Notes: generated by a model from the letters alone, not told the origin. 64,000 bases of DNA from an uncultured Trueperaceae bacterium (GCA_963727505.1 CAVSGP010000004.1:64001-128000); one strand, 5' to 3'. Positions 29,282 through 40,153 are shown, counted from the first letter of the stretch. Made by a program: numbers and translations.

Positions 29282-31090
29282 TCAATCGAGCCCGGGTGCG
29301 GCCGCGTGGTCGTTGCTCGTGCGAAGCGTCAGCACGGGAACGAACATCGTCACCAGGAACCCCAGCACGACGACCAGCAGCAAGTCGCGGTAGACGTGGG
29401 TCACCGCCGTGGCGAAGGCCTGCTTGATGCTGGTGGTGACCTGGGCGGCCACCGACTTTGCCTGCTGCTGGAACTGGTCGTGCAGCTGGGCAAGGAAGCT
29501 CGTCTCGGCCTGCTGGCTGCGCATGGCCTGGGTCGCGCCCAGCGTCACCATCGCTTTGGCGGCTCCCGGCATGGGACTGGCGGCCACGACCTGTTGGACC
29601 TTCGCCACATCCCCGGCGCGCACGGCGTCCGCGATGGCCTGGTACTCCTGGTCGAAGGCCTTGGTGATGCCCGTCTGGACCTGGTCGAGTCCCTGTGCGC
29701 CGACCTGGCTCCCGGCGCCGAACGACGAGGGATCCATGCCTGCGGGCGCCTGCATGGCGCTGAAGGAGGCCGTGAGGCTGGTGGCCAGCACCGTCCCCAT
29801 CACCGCAGCGCCCACCGTGCCGCCGATCTGCCGGAAGAACTGCGATGCGCTGGTGGCCTGCCCGACCCGCCGCACGTCGACGGCGTTCTGGATCGCCAAC
29901 GTGTACAGCGGCATCGACGGGCCCACCCCCAGGCCCGCGATCACCATGTAGATGGTGACGCGCCAATAGGGGACGTCCGGGCCCATGCGCGAGAGCAGCA
30001 GGATGCCCACGAACAGGATTGCGGCGCCGAGCAGCATCAGCAGCCGGTAGCGGCCCATGGCGGACACGAGCTGACCGCTCACCACCGCTCCGAACACCAG
30101 CCCCAGCGACAACGGGATGAGGCTGATGCCGGCGCGGGTGGCGGACACGCCGACCACGTTCACCATGAACAGCGGCAGGAAGATGATGAGCGACAGGAAC
30201 GCAGCGCCGAGGAAGAACAGCGCCAGGTTCGAAGTGGAGAACACGCGGTTACGGAACAGCGACAGGTCGAGGATGGGATTGGCCGAGGTCAGGGAGCGCA
30301 GCACGAACCCGACCAGGAGCGCCGTGCCACCGATCAAGAGGCCCAGCGTCACGGGGCCACCCCAGGGGTAGGTGGTCTTGTCGAGCTGCAGGGCCAGCAC
30401 GATCGGGACCAGGCCGAGCACCAACAGCGCGGCCCCCAGGATGTCCATCGCCTTGTGGTCGGCCGACGGCTTCAGGGGCGGCATGCGCCGCAGCAGGAAC
30501 CACAGCGCGATCGCCCCGGTCGGCACGTTGACGTAGAACACCCAGCGCCAGCCTTCCACGCCGGGGATGATCCCTCCCGCGTAGTCGGTGAGAAGGCCAC
30601 CCAGCCACGGGCCGATGACGCTGGCGATCCCGAACGTCGCCCCCACCAGACCCTGATAGCGACCGCGCACGTTGGGGGGGAACAGGTCGGCGATGATGAT
30701 GAACGCCATGGAGAACAGGCCGGCTCCGCCGATCCCCTGCAAACCGCGCATGATGATGAGCTGGCTCATGCCGTCGCCCAGCAGCGGCAGCTTCCCGAAC
30801 TCCCCGGCCAGGCCGGAGAGGAACGATCCGAGCAGGAAGGTCGACACCGAGAAGATCTCGATCGACTTGCGGGACACGGTGTCGGCCAGCTTGCCGTAGA
30901 TCGGCACCAACGCCGTCGATGCCAGCAAGTAGGCGGTGGCGACCCAGGCGTAGCGCTTGATGCCGTTGAGATCCTCGACGATGCGAGGGAGAGCGGTCGC
31001 CACGATGGTCTGATCGAGAGCGCCCAGGAACAGGGCCAGCAGGATGCCGATCAGGATGAGGGTGCGGTCACGGGATGAGGTCACGGTCAT
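29282..31090 (-). CDS. DHA2-family MFS efflux transporter
   Basis: LDQTIVATALP, YGKLAD and WRWVFYVNVP motifs; about 14 TMs. Confidence 0.92.
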   Translation of the reverse strand: MTVTSSRDRTLILIGILLALFLGALDQTIVATALPRIVEDLNGIKRYAWVATAYLLASTALVPIYGKLADTVSRKSIEIFSVSTFLLGSFLSGLAGEFGKLPLLGDGMSQLIIMRGLQGIGGAGLFSMAFIIIADLFPPNVRGRYQGLVGATFGIASVIGPWLGGLLTDYAGGIIPGVEGWRWVFYVNVPTGAIALWFLLRRMPPLKPSADHKAMDILGAALLVLGLVPIVLALQLDKTTYPWGGPVTLGLLIGGTALLVGFVLRSLTSANPILDLSLFRNRVFSTSNLALFFLGAAFLSLIIFLPLFMVNVVGVSATRAGISLIPLSLGLVFGAVVSGQLVSAMGRYRLLMLLGAAILFVGILLLSRMGPDVPYWRVTIYMVIAGLGVGPSMPLYTLAIQNAVDVRRVGQATSASQFFRQIGGTVGAAVMGTVLATSLTASFSAMQAPAGMDPSSFGAGSQVGAQGLDQVQTGITKAFDQEYQAIADAVRAGDVAKVQQVVAASPMPGAAKAMVTLGATQAMRSQQAETSFLAQLHDQFQQQAKSVAAQVTTSIKQAFATAVTHVYRDLLLVVVLGFLVTMFVPVLTLRTSNDHAAAPGLD

Positions 31091-31524
31091 GCGCTGCGGT
31101 CCTTTGCGAGGGTCTCGAGGGTGTCGAGGAAGGTGTCGAGCGCGGCGGTGTCGAGGATGCCGAGGAAGGCTTCGGTCTCGGCCGCCATGGTCGCTCCGGC
31201 GCGCTCCAGGCGCTCGGTGCCGGCTCTGGTGAGGCTCAGGACGCGGCGCCGCGCGTCACGCGGGTCGAGGCGGCGCCGGATCAGGCGCTGCTTCTCGAGA
31301 GCGTCCAGCCGTCTGGAGATGGCGTGAGGTGGCATCTCCAGGGCGGCCGCGATCTCGGTGGGGGAGAGGTCGCTGGAAGCGATACGGTCGAGCAGGAAGA
31401 AGTCGCCCATCTCGAGCCCGTGGCGCTCCTTCAAGACGGGGCCCGTGTGACGAAAGATGCGCTGCCTCACGGCCCAGAAGCCGTAGAGGAAGCGTCGCGT
31501 GGGTCCGGTCTGCAGTATTTGCAC
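31087..31524 (-). CDS. MarR family transcriptional regulator
   Basis: Winged HTH with DPRDARR..LT..G; stop overlaps MFS start. Confidence 0.9.
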   Translation of the reverse strand: MQILQTGPTRRFLYGFWAVRQRIFRHTGPVLKERHGLEMGDFFLLDRIASSDLSPTEIAAALEMPPHAISRRLDALEKQRLIRRRLDPRDARRRVLSLTRAGTERLERAGATMAAETEAFLGILDTAALDTFLDTLETLAKDRSA

Positions 31525-31534
31525 CCTGCAACTA
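31516..31534. promoter_or_regulatory. putative MarR operator
   Basis: TATTTGCA-ccc-TGCAACTA inverted repeat (1 mismatch) overlapping the marR start codon. Confidence 0.65.
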
Positions 31535-31600
31535 TCTCAGCTCGTATACCTCGACACTGTAGCGCGGGCATCACTCCCGTCGAAGGGGCCCTCGGCAGTC

Positions 31601-31626
31601 GTGCGCCCCGCCGAAGCGGGGCGCAC
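31601..31626 (-). terminator. hairpin downstream of tRNA-Trp
   Basis: 11-bp perfect stem with UUCG loop on the minus strand; weak U-tract. Confidence 0.6.
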
Positions 31627-31635
31627 GGTGCTGCA

Positions 31636-31711
31636 TGGCGGGCGCAGGAGGACTTGAACCCCCGACCTACGGTTTTGGAGACCGCCGCTCTGCCAACTGA
31701 GCTATACGCCC
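31636..31711 (-). tRNA. tRNA-Trp(CCA)
   Basis: 76-nt cloverleaf, GGGCGTA/TGCGCCC acceptor stem, anticodon CCA, encoded CCA end. Confidence 0.97.
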
Positions 31712-31725
31712 AAGAGCGAGTACGG

Positions 31726-31754
31726 AGTATACCAGCCCGCGCCGGCCCTGCCAA
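31726..31754 (-). promoter_or_regulatory. tRNA-Trp promoter
   Basis: TTGGCA, 17 bp spacer, TATACT with TG extension. Confidence 0.7.
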
Positions 31755-31885
31755 CCGCGTCCTGCCAACCGCGGTGCCCGGCGCCGGCGCCCTGCCGATC
31801 GCCCGTCGCCCGGGATGGCGAACCGCCCCCGGGTCGCGTGCTATAACGACCGCAACGGGCATGGGGCCCGCGTTAGGAGCGCAGC

Positions 31886-32299
31886 ATGGAGGCAGTGGCA
31901 CGTCCGGAGGCCGGCACCGATGAACCGAGCTTGAGCGTCAGCCCGACGGCGGCCGTCAAGGCGGCAGCATTGCTCGAGCAGAACGGCAACCCCGAGGCAG
32001 CGATCCGCGTGTTCGTCAAGTCTGGCGGCTGCAGCGGCTATCAGTACGGCATGGCGGTGGACGATCGGCAGGTCGAGGGCGATCGCGTCTTCGAGTCCGA
32101 GGGCGTCCGTGTCGTGGTGGATCCCCGTAGCTGGCCCCTGCTGATGGGCTCGCAGGTCGACTTCGTCGAGAACCTGATGGGCGGCGGTTTCCAGGTGAAC
32201 AACCCCAACGCCACGAGTTCTTGTGGTTGCGGGCACAGCTTCAGAACCGACAGCAACTCCGCTCCGGAAGCCGAAGGGGCAACCGGCTGCGGTAGCTGA
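31886..32299 (+). CDS. A-type Fe-S cluster carrier (IscA/ErpA/HesB family)
   Basis: GGCSG and NPNA..SCGCG.SF motifs; AGGAG RBS. Confidence 0.93.
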   Translation: MEAVARPEAGTDEPSLSVSPTAAVKAAALLEQNGNPEAAIRVFVKSGGCSGYQYGMAVDDRQVEGDRVFESEGVRVVVDPRSWPLLMGSQVDFVENLMGGGFQVNNPNATSSCGCGHSFRTDSNSAPEAEGATGCGS

Positions 32300-32324
32300 G
32301 CGACGACCGGAACCCACGTAATCC

Positions 32325-32358
32325 AACGGGGCGGCACCCATCGCGGTGCCGCCCCGTT
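32325..32358. terminator. probable bidirectional terminator
   Basis: 14-bp perfect stem AACGGGGCGGCACC/GGTGCCGCCCCGTT between convergent genes. Confidence 0.75.
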
Positions 32359-32382
32359 CGTTGGCCTGGCCCCGGCCTTCCG

Positions 32383-33855
32383 CTAGTCCGGGGTCTCCTT
32401 GTCCTCGTCGAAGGCGTAGCGGAGCACCGGCTGACGCGCCGCTCGGACCTCGTCGAGCCGGCGAACCGGAGTGTGATAGGGGGCGCCCGCCAGGTAGCCG
32501 TCGTCCTCGGCCGCCCGCTTCAGGATCGCTCCCAACGCCTCGGCATAGGCGTCGAGCGTCTCCAGTGACTCCGTCTCGGTAGGCTCCACCATCATCGCTT
32601 CCTTGACGATCAGTGGGAAGTAGACCGTCATGGGGTGCATGCCGTGGTCGAGGAGTGCTTTCGCAACGTCGAGGGTGTGCACCCCCTGCGGCGGCTGCGC
32701 CACGAACTCGTGCATGTTGAGCCGATCGAAGGGGATCGTATACCCGGCCTGCTGCATACGTACGCGCAGGTAGTTCGCGTTGAGGACGGCAAGACCGCTC
32801 ACACGACGCAAGCCCTCCAGACCGAGCGTCCGGATGTAGGCGTAGGCGCGGATCAGGTTGCCGACGTTACCGATGAAGGAACGCATCCGCCCGATGGAGG
32901 AGGGCACGTCCTCTGAAAGCCGATAGCCGTCGTCCCCCGCGACCACGAGGGGAACAGGCAGGTAGTCGGCCAGGTGCGCCTTCACGCCCACCGGGCCGGT
33001 GCCGGGACCGCCACCGCCGTGAGGCGTGGTGAAGGTCTTGTGCAGGTTGAGATGAACGACGTCGAAGCCCATGTCACCCGGCCGGACGCGGCCGACGATG
33101 GCGTTGAGGTTGGCGCCGTCGTAATAGAGCTGCGCCCCTGCCTCATGCGCGCGCCGCGCGATCTCGAGGATGCGCGTCTCGAACACGCCGACCGTGTTCG
33201 GGTTGGTCAGCATCACCGCCGCCACCTCGGGCCCCAGCGCCCGGGTGAAGGCATCCAGGTCGACCTCGCCCCGTTCGTCGCTGGGGACCTCGACCACGCG
33301 GTAGCCCGCCATCGCCGCGGTGGCCGGGTTGGTCCCATGAGCACCGTCCGGCACGAGCACCACGCGCCGCTGGTCGCCCTCGCCGCGCGCCCGGTGGTAG
33401 GCGCGGATCATCAAGATGCCCGTCAGCTCACCGTGGGCTCCGGCGGCCGGCTGCAGAGTGACCGCGTCCATGCCGGTCAACGCCCCCAGATCCCGCTGCA
33501 GCTCGTACAGCAGACGGAGGGTTCCCTGCACAGTCTCCGGCGCCTGATTGGGGTGCAGGTCCTGGAACAGGCGCGCCGCTTCCTCGTGCACCTTGGGGTT
33601 GTACTTCATGGTGCAGCTGCCGAGGGGATAGACGTTGCCGTCGATGCTGAACTGCCGATGCGCGAGCTGCGTGAAGTGGCGCACCAGATCGAGCTCGGAG
33701 ACTTCCGGAAGCCGCGGCGGCGCCGCGCGGAGCTGGTCCTCGCCGAGCAGGGATGCAAGCTCCGGCTCCTCGAAGCGCGGCGGACGCGCCGCCCGCCGGC
33801 CCGGCCTGGAGCGTTCGAAGATCACCGGGAAGTCCTGGGAGGTCGCGTCAGCCAT
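32383..33855 (-). CDS. gcvPB: glycine dehydrogenase subunit 2
   Basis: [27 protein letters not shown] and HLNLHKTF motifs. Confidence 0.95.
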   Translation of the reverse strand: MADATSQDFPVIFERSRPGRRAARPPRFEEPELASLLGEDQLRAAPPRLPEVSELDLVRHFTQLAHRQFSIDGNVYPLGSCTMKYNPKVHEEAARLFQDLHPNQAPETVQGTLRLLYELQRDLGALTGMDAVTLQPAAGAHGELTGILMIRAYHRARGEGDQRRVVLVPDGAHGTNPATAAMAGYRVVEVPSDERGEVDLDAFTRALGPEVAAVMLTNPNTVGVFETRILEIARRAHEAGAQLYYDGANLNAIVGRVRPGDMGFDVVHLNLHKTFTTPHGGGGPGTGPVGVKAHLADYLPVPLVVAGDDGYRLSEDVPSSIGRMRSFIGNVGNLIRAYAYIRTLGLEGLRRVSGLAVLNANYLRVRMQQAGYTIPFDRLNMHEFVAQPPQGVHTLDVAKALLDHGMHPMTVYFPLIVKEAMMVEPTETESLETLDAYAEALGAILKRAAEDDGYLAGAPYHTPVRRLDEVRAARQPVLRYAFDEDKETPD

Positions 33856-35191
33856 GGCCCACCCCGCCACCCGCCAGCTCCCCAACGGTGGTGAGCGCGG
33901 CCACCAGGGCCTCGATGTCATCGTCGCGCACCAGCTCGGTCGCGGCCAGCACGACGGCGTTGCCGAGGCCGTATTCGTTTCCCACCGGGACGCCGGCATG
34001 AATGCCGCGCTCGGCCAGCGCCGAGCGTACTTCTGCGCCGGGACGCCGCGTGCGCACCGTGAACTCGTTGAAGAACCGCACGTCCCCTGCGACGTCAGCA
34101 CCTGCAGCCCGGAGACGGTCGGCTAGGCGGTGCGCCTGGCGCACCGATCCTGCAGCGGCCTCGCGGAGCCCCTGGGGCCCGAGGGCGGCCAGGTTCACGG
34201 TGGCCATCAGGGCGGTGAGCTGGTGGTTCGAGCAGATGTTGGACTTCGCCTTGCTACGGCGGATGTGCTGTTCACGCGCTTGCAGCGTGAGCACGAAAGC
34301 CCGCCGGTCGTCGACGTCGACCGTCTCGCCGACCAGACGACCGGGGAGCTGCCGCAGCAGGGCACTCGTGACGACCATGAAGCCGAAGCTCGGGCCACCG
34401 TAGGCGGTCGGGTTGCCGATCGTCTGCCCGTCGCCGACCGCGATGTCCGCCCCGTACGCGCCGGGCGGTTTCAGCAGCGCCAGGCTGAGCGGGTCCACGA
34501 CCGCCACCATCAGCGCACCGGCGGCGTGCGTGGCCGTCGTGAGGGCCGACATCGCCTCCAGCGAGCCCAGGAAGTTCGGCTGCTGGACGATCACGCAGGC
34601 GACGTCGTCGTCGACCGCCGGGACCGGGGTCGCCAGCGCGTCGAGGTCCAGGGTATCGATGCGGATGTCCAGCGCCTCGAGGTAGGTGCCGAGCACCGCA
34701 CGCGTCTCGGGATGCACTCCGCGGCTGACCAGCACCCGCTCGCGACGGGTCTGCCGTGCGGCCAACAACGCCGCCTCGGCCGTGGCGGTGGCCCCGTCGT
34801 ACATGCTGGCGTTGGAGACGTCGAGCCCCGTGAGCTCGGTCATCATCGTCTGGAACTCGAAGGTGGCCTGTAGGATGCCCTGGGCCACCTCGGGCTGGTA
34901 CGGCGTATAGGCCGTGACGAACTCGCTCTGGAGCGCCAGATGGGGGGTCACTGCCGGGATGAAGTGGCGGCGCATCCCGCCGCCCAGGAAGTTCGGCCCC
35001 TCCGCACGGTCCTGTGCGGCCAGGCTCCGCAGGTGGGCGAGCAGCGCGGTCTCGTCCATGGCCGGAGGCAGATCGATATCGGGGTTGCGCAGCGTGGCGG
35101 GCAGCTCGTCGAAGAGCGCGTCGACACTCTCGATGTCGATGGTCTCGAGCGCCCGCCGCACGTCCTCCTCGGTGTGAGGCAGGTAGGGCAA
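33848..35191 (-). CDS. gcvPA: glycine dehydrogenase subunit 1
   Basis: PYLPHT start, [16 protein letters not shown] and [17 protein letters not shown] motifs. Confidence 0.95.
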   Translation of the reverse strand: MPYLPHTEEDVRRALETIDIESVDALFDELPATLRNPDIDLPPAMDETALLAHLRSLAAQDRAEGPNFLGGGMRRHFIPAVTPHLALQSEFVTAYTPYQPEVAQGILQATFEFQTMMTELTGLDVSNASMYDGATATAEAALLAARQTRRERVLVSRGVHPETRAVLGTYLEALDIRIDTLDLDALATPVPAVDDDVACVIVQQPNFLGSLEAMSALTTATHAAGALMVAVVDPLSLALLKPPGAYGADIAVGDGQTIGNPTAYGGPSFGFMVVTSALLRQLPGRLVGETVDVDDRRAFVLTLQAREQHIRRSKAKSNICSNHQLTALMATVNLAALGPQGLREAAAGSVRQAHRLADRLRAAGADVAGDVRFFNEFTVRTRRPGAEVRSALAERGIHAGVPVGNEYGLGNAVVLAATELVRDDDIEALVAALTTVGELAGGGVGHG

Positions 35192-35193
35192 GG

Positions 35194-35583
35194 TCAGCCC
35201 TCCTTCTCGACCGCCCGTTGGTAACCGCCGGCGTCGAGCAGCGTTGCCGGCTGGGCTACGTCGCGCAGCCGGAGCTTGAACAGCCAACCGCTCTCGTACG
35301 GGCTCTCGTTGATCGTCTCGGGAGTGTCGTGGAGTGCTTCGTTCACGGCCTCGACCGAGCCCGATACGGGCGCGTAGATGTCCGACGCTGTCTTCACCGA
35401 CTCGACGACGGCCACGGGATCGCCGGAAGCGAGGTCGGCACCGACGTCGGGCAGCTCGACGTACACGACGTCGCCGAGCTGATCCTGGGCATAGTCGGTG
35501 ATGCCGATCGTCACGACGCCGTCGACGGGTTCGGAGACCCATTCGTGCGAGGCGGTGTACCGGAGGTTGTCGGGAATCTGCAT
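35194..35583 (-). CDS. gcvH: glycine cleavage system H protein
   Basis: [24 protein letters not shown] lipoyl site, PYESGWL. Confidence 0.96.
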   Translation of the reverse strand: MQIPDNLRYTASHEWVSEPVDGVVTIGITDYAQDQLGDVVYVELPDVGADLASGDPVAVVESVKTASDIYAPVSGSVEAVNEALHDTPETINESPYESGWLFKLRLRDVAQPATLLDAGGYQRAVEKEG

Positions 35584-35639
35584 GTTCACTCCTCTGCCCG
35601 CGCCCGAACTAGGGTCGAGCGCGCCCAAACGCCGCAGCA

Positions 35640-36698
35640 TTATTGCCCGAAGAAGGGCGGTTTGACGACCGTGGCGGCCACGGTCTGTCCTCGGATCTCG
35701 ACCCCGACCTCCGTACCCTCCTGGGCCGCGTCCGCGTCCACCCAGGCGAAACCGATGCTCTCGCGCGTCAGCGGCGACAGCGTTCCCGAGGTGATGGTGC
35801 CGACGGGGGCGCCGCCGCGCAGCACACGGTAGCCCTGGCGCGGGATTCCGCGCTCCAGGAGCCGAAGGCCGACGAGTCGCCGGGGGCAGGGCCGGTCCCA
35901 CATCGCGTCCCTCCCGAAGAAGGGCTTGTCCTTGACGACCCACGAGAAGCCGCTGCAAAGCGGATTGGTGGTCGCGTCGAACTCGTGACCGTAGAGCGGG
36001 AACCCAGCTTCGAGCCGCAGCGTGTCGCGCGCGCCGAGCCCGCACGGGACAGCCCCGGCGTCAGCCAGCACGTCCCAGACGATGGGAGCGTCGGTGGGGT
36101 GACAGAACAGTTCGAAGCCGTCTTCGCCGGTATAGCCGGTGCGGCTGAGGCGCACCGGGCAGCCTGAGATGGTCACGAGCAGGGTGGCGTTCTTGCGCAG
36201 CTCGGTGAGGTCCGCGTCGACGACTTGACCGAGAAGAACCGCGCTACCGGGGCCCTGCAGCGCCATGAGCGCCCACGTGGCCGACTCGTCGACGACGTGG
36301 CAGTCGTAGCCCCGGTTGACCTCCCGCAGATGCGCGAGGACGGCGTCGACGTTGGAGGCGTTGGCGACGATGAAGTACTCCTGCTCCTTCTCGCGGTAGA
36401 GGTAGAGGTCGTCGATGAGGCCTCCGCGATCGTTGGGCAGCATCGTGTACTGACCCCGACCGAGCTTCAGGCGCGCCGGATCGTTCAGTGTCGCGAACTG
36501 TAGGAAGGCAGTGGCGCCGTCACCGACGACCCGCAGCTCACCCATGTGGCTGACGTCGAACAGGCCCACGTCCGAACGGACGGCGATGTGCTCCTGCTGG
36601 ATCCCGGTGGGGTAGTGCACCGGCATGCTCCAGCCGGCGAACTCCACCATCCGGGCTCCAAGGGCGACATGCGTGTCGTAGAGGGGGGTCCGCTTCAT
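35640..36698 (-). CDS. gcvT: glycine cleavage system T protein (aminomethyltransferase)
   Basis: [23 protein letters not shown] and [13 protein letters not shown] motifs. Confidence 0.96.
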   Translation of the reverse strand: MKRTPLYDTHVALGARMVEFAGWSMPVHYPTGIQQEHIAVRSDVGLFDVSHMGELRVVGDGATAFLQFATLNDPARLKLGRGQYTMLPNDRGGLIDDLYLYREKEQEYFIVANASNVDAVLAHLREVNRGYDCHVVDESATWALMALQGPGSAVLLGQVVDADLTELRKNATLLVTISGCPVRLSRTGYTGEDGFELFCHPTDAPIVWDVLADAGAVPCGLGARDTLRLEAGFPLYGHEFDATTNPLCSGFSWVVKDKPFFGRDAMWDRPCPRRLVGLRLLERGIPRQGYRVLRGGAPVGTITSGTLSPLTRESIGFAWVDADAAQEGTEVGVEIRGQTVAATVVKPPFFGQ

Positions 36699-36789
36699 GC
36701 GACCCGACGATATCACAGCCCTCCACGCTTCTATTCACGCTTCCGGTGGGGTTCGCGACACGCTGGACGTACGATTCGCGACGGGCGCT

Positions 36790-37380
36790 TCAGGTCTTCT
36801 GAGCGAGCTTCTCCAGCACGAGTTTCGACACCGCACGCAGCGGCTCGAAGACACCCTGGAACTCCGCGGCCACCGCCCCGAACGACTCCACCCGCTTCTC
36901 GGGATCCAGCACCTGCTGGATCATCTCGGCGGGAATCGCGTCGGGCAGGTCACGTTTGTTGATCTGGATGACGAAGGGGATCTCGGCGAGCCGGAGGTTG
37001 TACTCCTGCAGGTTCTCGCGAAGGTTGCGCAGGCTCTCGGCGTTGGCGCGCAGTCGATTGGGTGCCGAGTCCGCCACGAACACGATGCCGTCGACGCCAC
37101 GCAAGATCAGCTTGCGCGACGAGTTGTAGAACACCTGGCCGGGCACCGTGTAGAGGTGGAAGCGCGTCTTGAAGCCGTTGACCTTGCCCAGGTCGAGCGG
37201 CAGGAAATCGAAGAAGAGGGTGCGTTCGTCCTCCGTGGCCAGCGACACCATCTCGCCCTTCGACTCCGACGGCACCTGTTCGTAGATCTGCTTCAGGTTG
37301 GTGGTCTTGCCCGACAGACCGGGGCCGTAGTAGACGATCTTGAAGTTGATCTCGCGGGCGGCGAAGTTGATGGTGCTCAT
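36790..37380 (-). CDS. mglA: small GTPase MglA
   Basis: [34 protein letters not shown] and NKRD motifs. Confidence 0.95.
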   Translation of the reverse strand: MSTINFAAREINFKIVYYGPGLSGKTTNLKQIYEQVPSESKGEMVSLATEDERTLFFDFLPLDLGKVNGFKTRFHLYTVPGQVFYNSSRKLILRGVDGIVFVADSAPNRLRANAESLRNLRENLQEYNLRLAEIPFVIQINKRDLPDAIPAEMIQQVLDPEKRVESFGAVAAEFQGVFEPLRAVSKLVLEKLAQKT

Positions 37381-37877
37381 GTCTTGCCCGATCCGAACAG
37401 CCCGTCGAGCAGGGCCTCGGTGGAGCTCGACCACTCCTGATCGAACTCGACCTTGGGCGCCTCGTCCTTGGAGTCGCGCAACACCGTGCGGATCTCCTCG
37501 ACCGACTTCTTGGTGAAGAGCTTGACCCGGCCGAGTGCCGCCGAGGAGTCGAACACCGTCACCAGCAGCGCCTTCTCGCCGAGTTCCTCGAGGTAGGTAC
37601 CGACCTCCGAGCCCTGCTGAACCGTCTCCTTGAAGGCGCTCTCACCGAACAGGTTGGCGATGGCCGTATTGGCAGAGTAGTTCGATGCGATCAAGGTCGC
37701 CAGCGAGTCGAGCGACGGAGGCTTGGGCGCCCACAATGCGCGACGATGCGTCAGCACGAAACCCTTGCGGTCGATGATCATCGCGTAGCGCGCGTGACTC
37801 TTGGTCAGCAGCTCCGCGAGGATGGCGTCGACCTTCTCGTACGTCTCTCCGTAGAGGTCGAGGGAAGGCTCGAGCAT
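37377..37877 (-). CDS. mglB: roadblock/LC7 GAP protein MglB
   Basis: [22 protein letters not shown] (Thermus-type MglB); coupled to mglA. Confidence 0.9.
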   Translation of the reverse strand: MLEPSLDLYGETYEKVDAILAELLTKSHARYAMIIDRKGFVLTHRRALWAPKPPSLDSLATLIASNYSANTAIANLFGESAFKETVQQGSEVGTYLEELGEKALLVTVFDSSAALGRVKLFTKKSVEEIRTVLRDSKDEAPKVEFDQEWSSSTEALLDGLFGSGKT

Positions 37878-38100
37878 GGCCAATACTCTAGCAGCAGGCT
37901 GAGGCGCGCCAACGTCGAACACGCCACTCTCCCGTGTCCCGTGGTCGGTATCGGCGCTGCCCGTCGGGGTCACTCAGGCTGCTCGGATGCCGGACGGGAC
38001 CGCGTAGGCTGCACGTCGGAAGGCTGAGGCGCCGCGGAACGGCGGTCACCTGCAGGCGGGGGAGGGCGTGGACGATCCGGCAAGGGGCCGGGAACGAGCA

Positions 38101-38160
38101 GAACGTGAGCGAGAACAACGTGAGCGACCAGATCGTGAGCCAACAACCGTGAGCGACGAG
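38101..38160 (+). repeat. four approx. 15-bp units containing CGTGAGC
   Basis: gaacgtgagcgagaa/caacgtgagcgacca/gatcgtgagccaaca/accgtgagcgacgag. Confidence 0.65.
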
Positions 38161-39066
38161 CTACCGGACCAGCACGACGGACCCGCCGGCGACATCCTTC
38201 CGGCCGGCACGGTCATGGGCACGGTGACGCTGACCGTGTCCGACCTCGTGGCCGGGGAGGCCTTCTATCGGGATGCCCTGGGACTCGCGACCCGCGAACG
38301 CGGACCCGGCTGGTTGGCGCTCGGCACGCCCGGTGCGACGCTTCTGCACCTCGAAGAGGGAACGGGCGGGCGGGCGGCGTCGGGCCTCCCCGGGCTCTAC
38401 CACCTGGCCATCCTCGTCCCCGATCGACGGACGCTGGGCGCCTGGCTACTGCACGCGCTCGAGATCGGGCTCGCGTTGCAGGGAGCCGCCGACCACGCCG
38501 TCAGCGAGGCGATCTACCTGGCCGATCCCGAGGGGAACGGCATCGAGATCTACCGCGATCGTCCGCGCCACGCGTGGAAGACGCGACAGGGGCAGATCGC
38601 CATGACCACCGAACCCCTCGACGCACACGACCTCACGGCCGCGGCGGCTCCGAGCTGGGACGCGCTCCCCGAAGGCAGCAGCATCGGGCACGTCCATCTG
38701 CAGGTGGGTGAGCTGGCGCGCTCGGCGGCGTTCTACGGCGACGCTCTGGGCTTCCCACGAACGAACGACGCTTTCCCGGGCGCCTGCTTCCTGGGGGCGG
38801 GCGGCTACCATCACCACCTCGGCCTCAACACCTGGGGCGTGCGTGGGCGCGGTCCTCGACCGCAGGGCGCCGCCGGACTCCGGCGCATCGAGGTGCTCGT
38901 GCCCGACGAGAACGCAAGGGCTTCCGCGCAACGACGTTTGATCCGTGCAGGGCACGACGCTCGAGCGCACGATGTCGGCGACGCCTTCGACGTCGCCGAC
39001 CCGGACGGGCTCGAGGTGCGCGTGCGCGTCGAACGGCGATCGGCCGCCCACGACCGCGCGCTCTGA
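38149..39066 (+). CDS. VOC/glyoxalase family protein (CatE-like catechol 2,3-dioxygenase)
   Basis: GLYHLAILVP, DHAVSEAIYLADPEGNGIEIYRDRP, IGHVHLQV and GGYHHHLGLNTW motifs. Confidence 0.88.
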   Translation: MSDELPDQHDGPAGDILPAGTVMGTVTLTVSDLVAGEAFYRDALGLATRERGPGWLALGTPGATLLHLEEGTGGRAASGLPGLYHLAILVPDRRTLGAWLLHALEIGLALQGAADHAVSEAIYLADPEGNGIEIYRDRPRHAWKTRQGQIAMTTEPLDAHDLTAAAAPSWDALPEGSSIGHVHLQVGELARSAAFYGDALGFPRTNDAFPGACFLGAGGYHHHLGLNTWGVRGRGPRPQGAAGLRRIEVLVPDENARASAQRRLIRAGHDARAHDVGDAFDVADPDGLEVRVRVERRSAAHDRAL

Positions 39067-39092
39067 CGAAGTGCCGTCCCATCGCGCTCGCC

Positions 39093-39121
39093 TTGTCGCG
39101 GGCCTATGGGTTCGCTATACT
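39093..39121 (+). promoter_or_regulatory. tRNA-Met promoter
   Basis: TTGTCG, 17 bp spacer, TATACT. Confidence 0.7.
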
Positions 39122-39154
39122 TCTCCCTCGGGCCCGCCGATGACGGCCCAGCAC

Positions 39155-39231
39155 GGCGATGTAGCTCAGCTGGTTAGAGCGCACGACTCATAATCGTGAG
39201 GTCCGGGGTTCGAGTCCCCGCATCGCTACCA
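39155..39231 (+). tRNA. tRNA with CAT anticodon, probably elongator tRNA-Met
   Basis: 77-nt cloverleaf, G1:U72 pair (not initiator type), encoded CCA; Ile2 not formally excluded. Confidence 0.93.
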
Positions 39232-39240
39232 AGAATTGTC

Positions 39241-39277
39241 AGGGACGCACTTTCTGGACAAGAAGGTGCGTCCCTTT
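39241..39277. terminator. hairpin terminator after tRNA-Met
   Basis: AGGGACGCACTTTCT-ggaca-AGAAGGTGCGTCCCT stem followed by TT. Confidence 0.7.
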
Positions 39278-39317
39278 GACGTCGCGCGGAACGGGTTGTC
39301 GTTGCCTGTCTCGAACG

Positions 39318-39590
39318 TCAGATCCTTCGGATCTCGGTCATCACATGCTCGTGCAGGTCGCCGACGGTGCCGTGCCAGTCGCATCGAGCGCAGGCCACCG
39401 CGGTGGCCTCGTCCCAGGCCGCGTCGCCCAGCGCCTCGTCGATCACGCACAGCTCTTCACCGGTCGCGCCCACCACCACATCGACGTAGACCTCGATCGA
39501 CGTGAGGATACGAACGCGTTCCGCACCGCAAACGGGGCAGAGCGACTTGTGCTGGTCGGGTTCGGTGGGGAGCGACGACACGGTCATCAC
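39318..39590 (-). CDS. small acidic zinc-ribbon-like hypothetical protein
   Basis: 90 aa with CPVC ... CARC pairs; has its own putative promoter. Confidence 0.65.
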   Translation of the reverse strand: MMTVSSLPTEPDQHKSLCPVCGAERVRILTSIEVYVDVVVGATGEELCVIDEALGDAAWDEATAVACARCDWHGTVGDLHEHVMTEIRRI

Positions 39591-39807
39591 GGTGACTCTG
39601 GTGTACCAGGGGACGTCTTACAGACTTCTTAACCTCGCCGACGGCGACGCCGGCCGGCCGAGACCCGCCGCCGGACGTCGCCCACCGGTCCCGGTGCTAC
39701 CGAGGGCCCGGACGACCATCGGGGCACGGTTCTCGGACACGACATCGTTCCTCACCGACGGGATCAACAACCGCGTCCTCGCCTCTGATCCCTAGAACGG
39801 CGGTGCA

Positions 39808-39894
39808 TGGTGCCGGGAGCGGGACTCGAACCCGCATGCCCGGGCGGGCTGCAGATTTTAAGTCTGCTGCGTCTACCGATTCCGCCATCCCGGC
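39808..39894 (-). tRNA. tRNA-Leu(TAA)
   Basis: 87 nt, long variable arm, anticodon TAA, encoded CCA; TACACT -10 at 39907-39912. Confidence 0.97.
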
Positions 39895-40153
39895 ACGCTC
39901 CCAAGAAGTGTAGCGGAGCCTCGCATCGAGTGCGCCGACCCGCGCCCGGCGCGAGGCCGGACGTTGCTCATCCGTCGGGCGTACCATGCGGCCGAGGAGC
40001 GCGCGCTTCGCTCGACGCTCTGCCCACCCACAAGCCGCGGGGGCCCGGCCGGACGGGACGGCTTCCGCGCCGCCGGAGGCGTGAAGCGCACCGGCGCTGG
40101 GAGCCGGTTCCGCGTCGCGCGGTATCGGCGCCGACCCGGAAAGGAGCGTTTCC

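Noticed and set aside
36699..36789. Glycine riboswitch upstream of gcvT
   Set aside because: Only about 90 bp are available, no aptamer motifs are visible, and the gene appears leaderless; only a GAAGCGTG direct repeat is present
38101..38160. CRISPR-like array (also considered for 26335-26535 and 62372-62410)
   Set aside because: Units are too short or degenerate, there are no unique spacers, and no cas genes are present
39155..39894. Integrated element at the tRNA genes
   Set aside because: No integrase, transposase or att duplication seen; flanking genes are housekeeping
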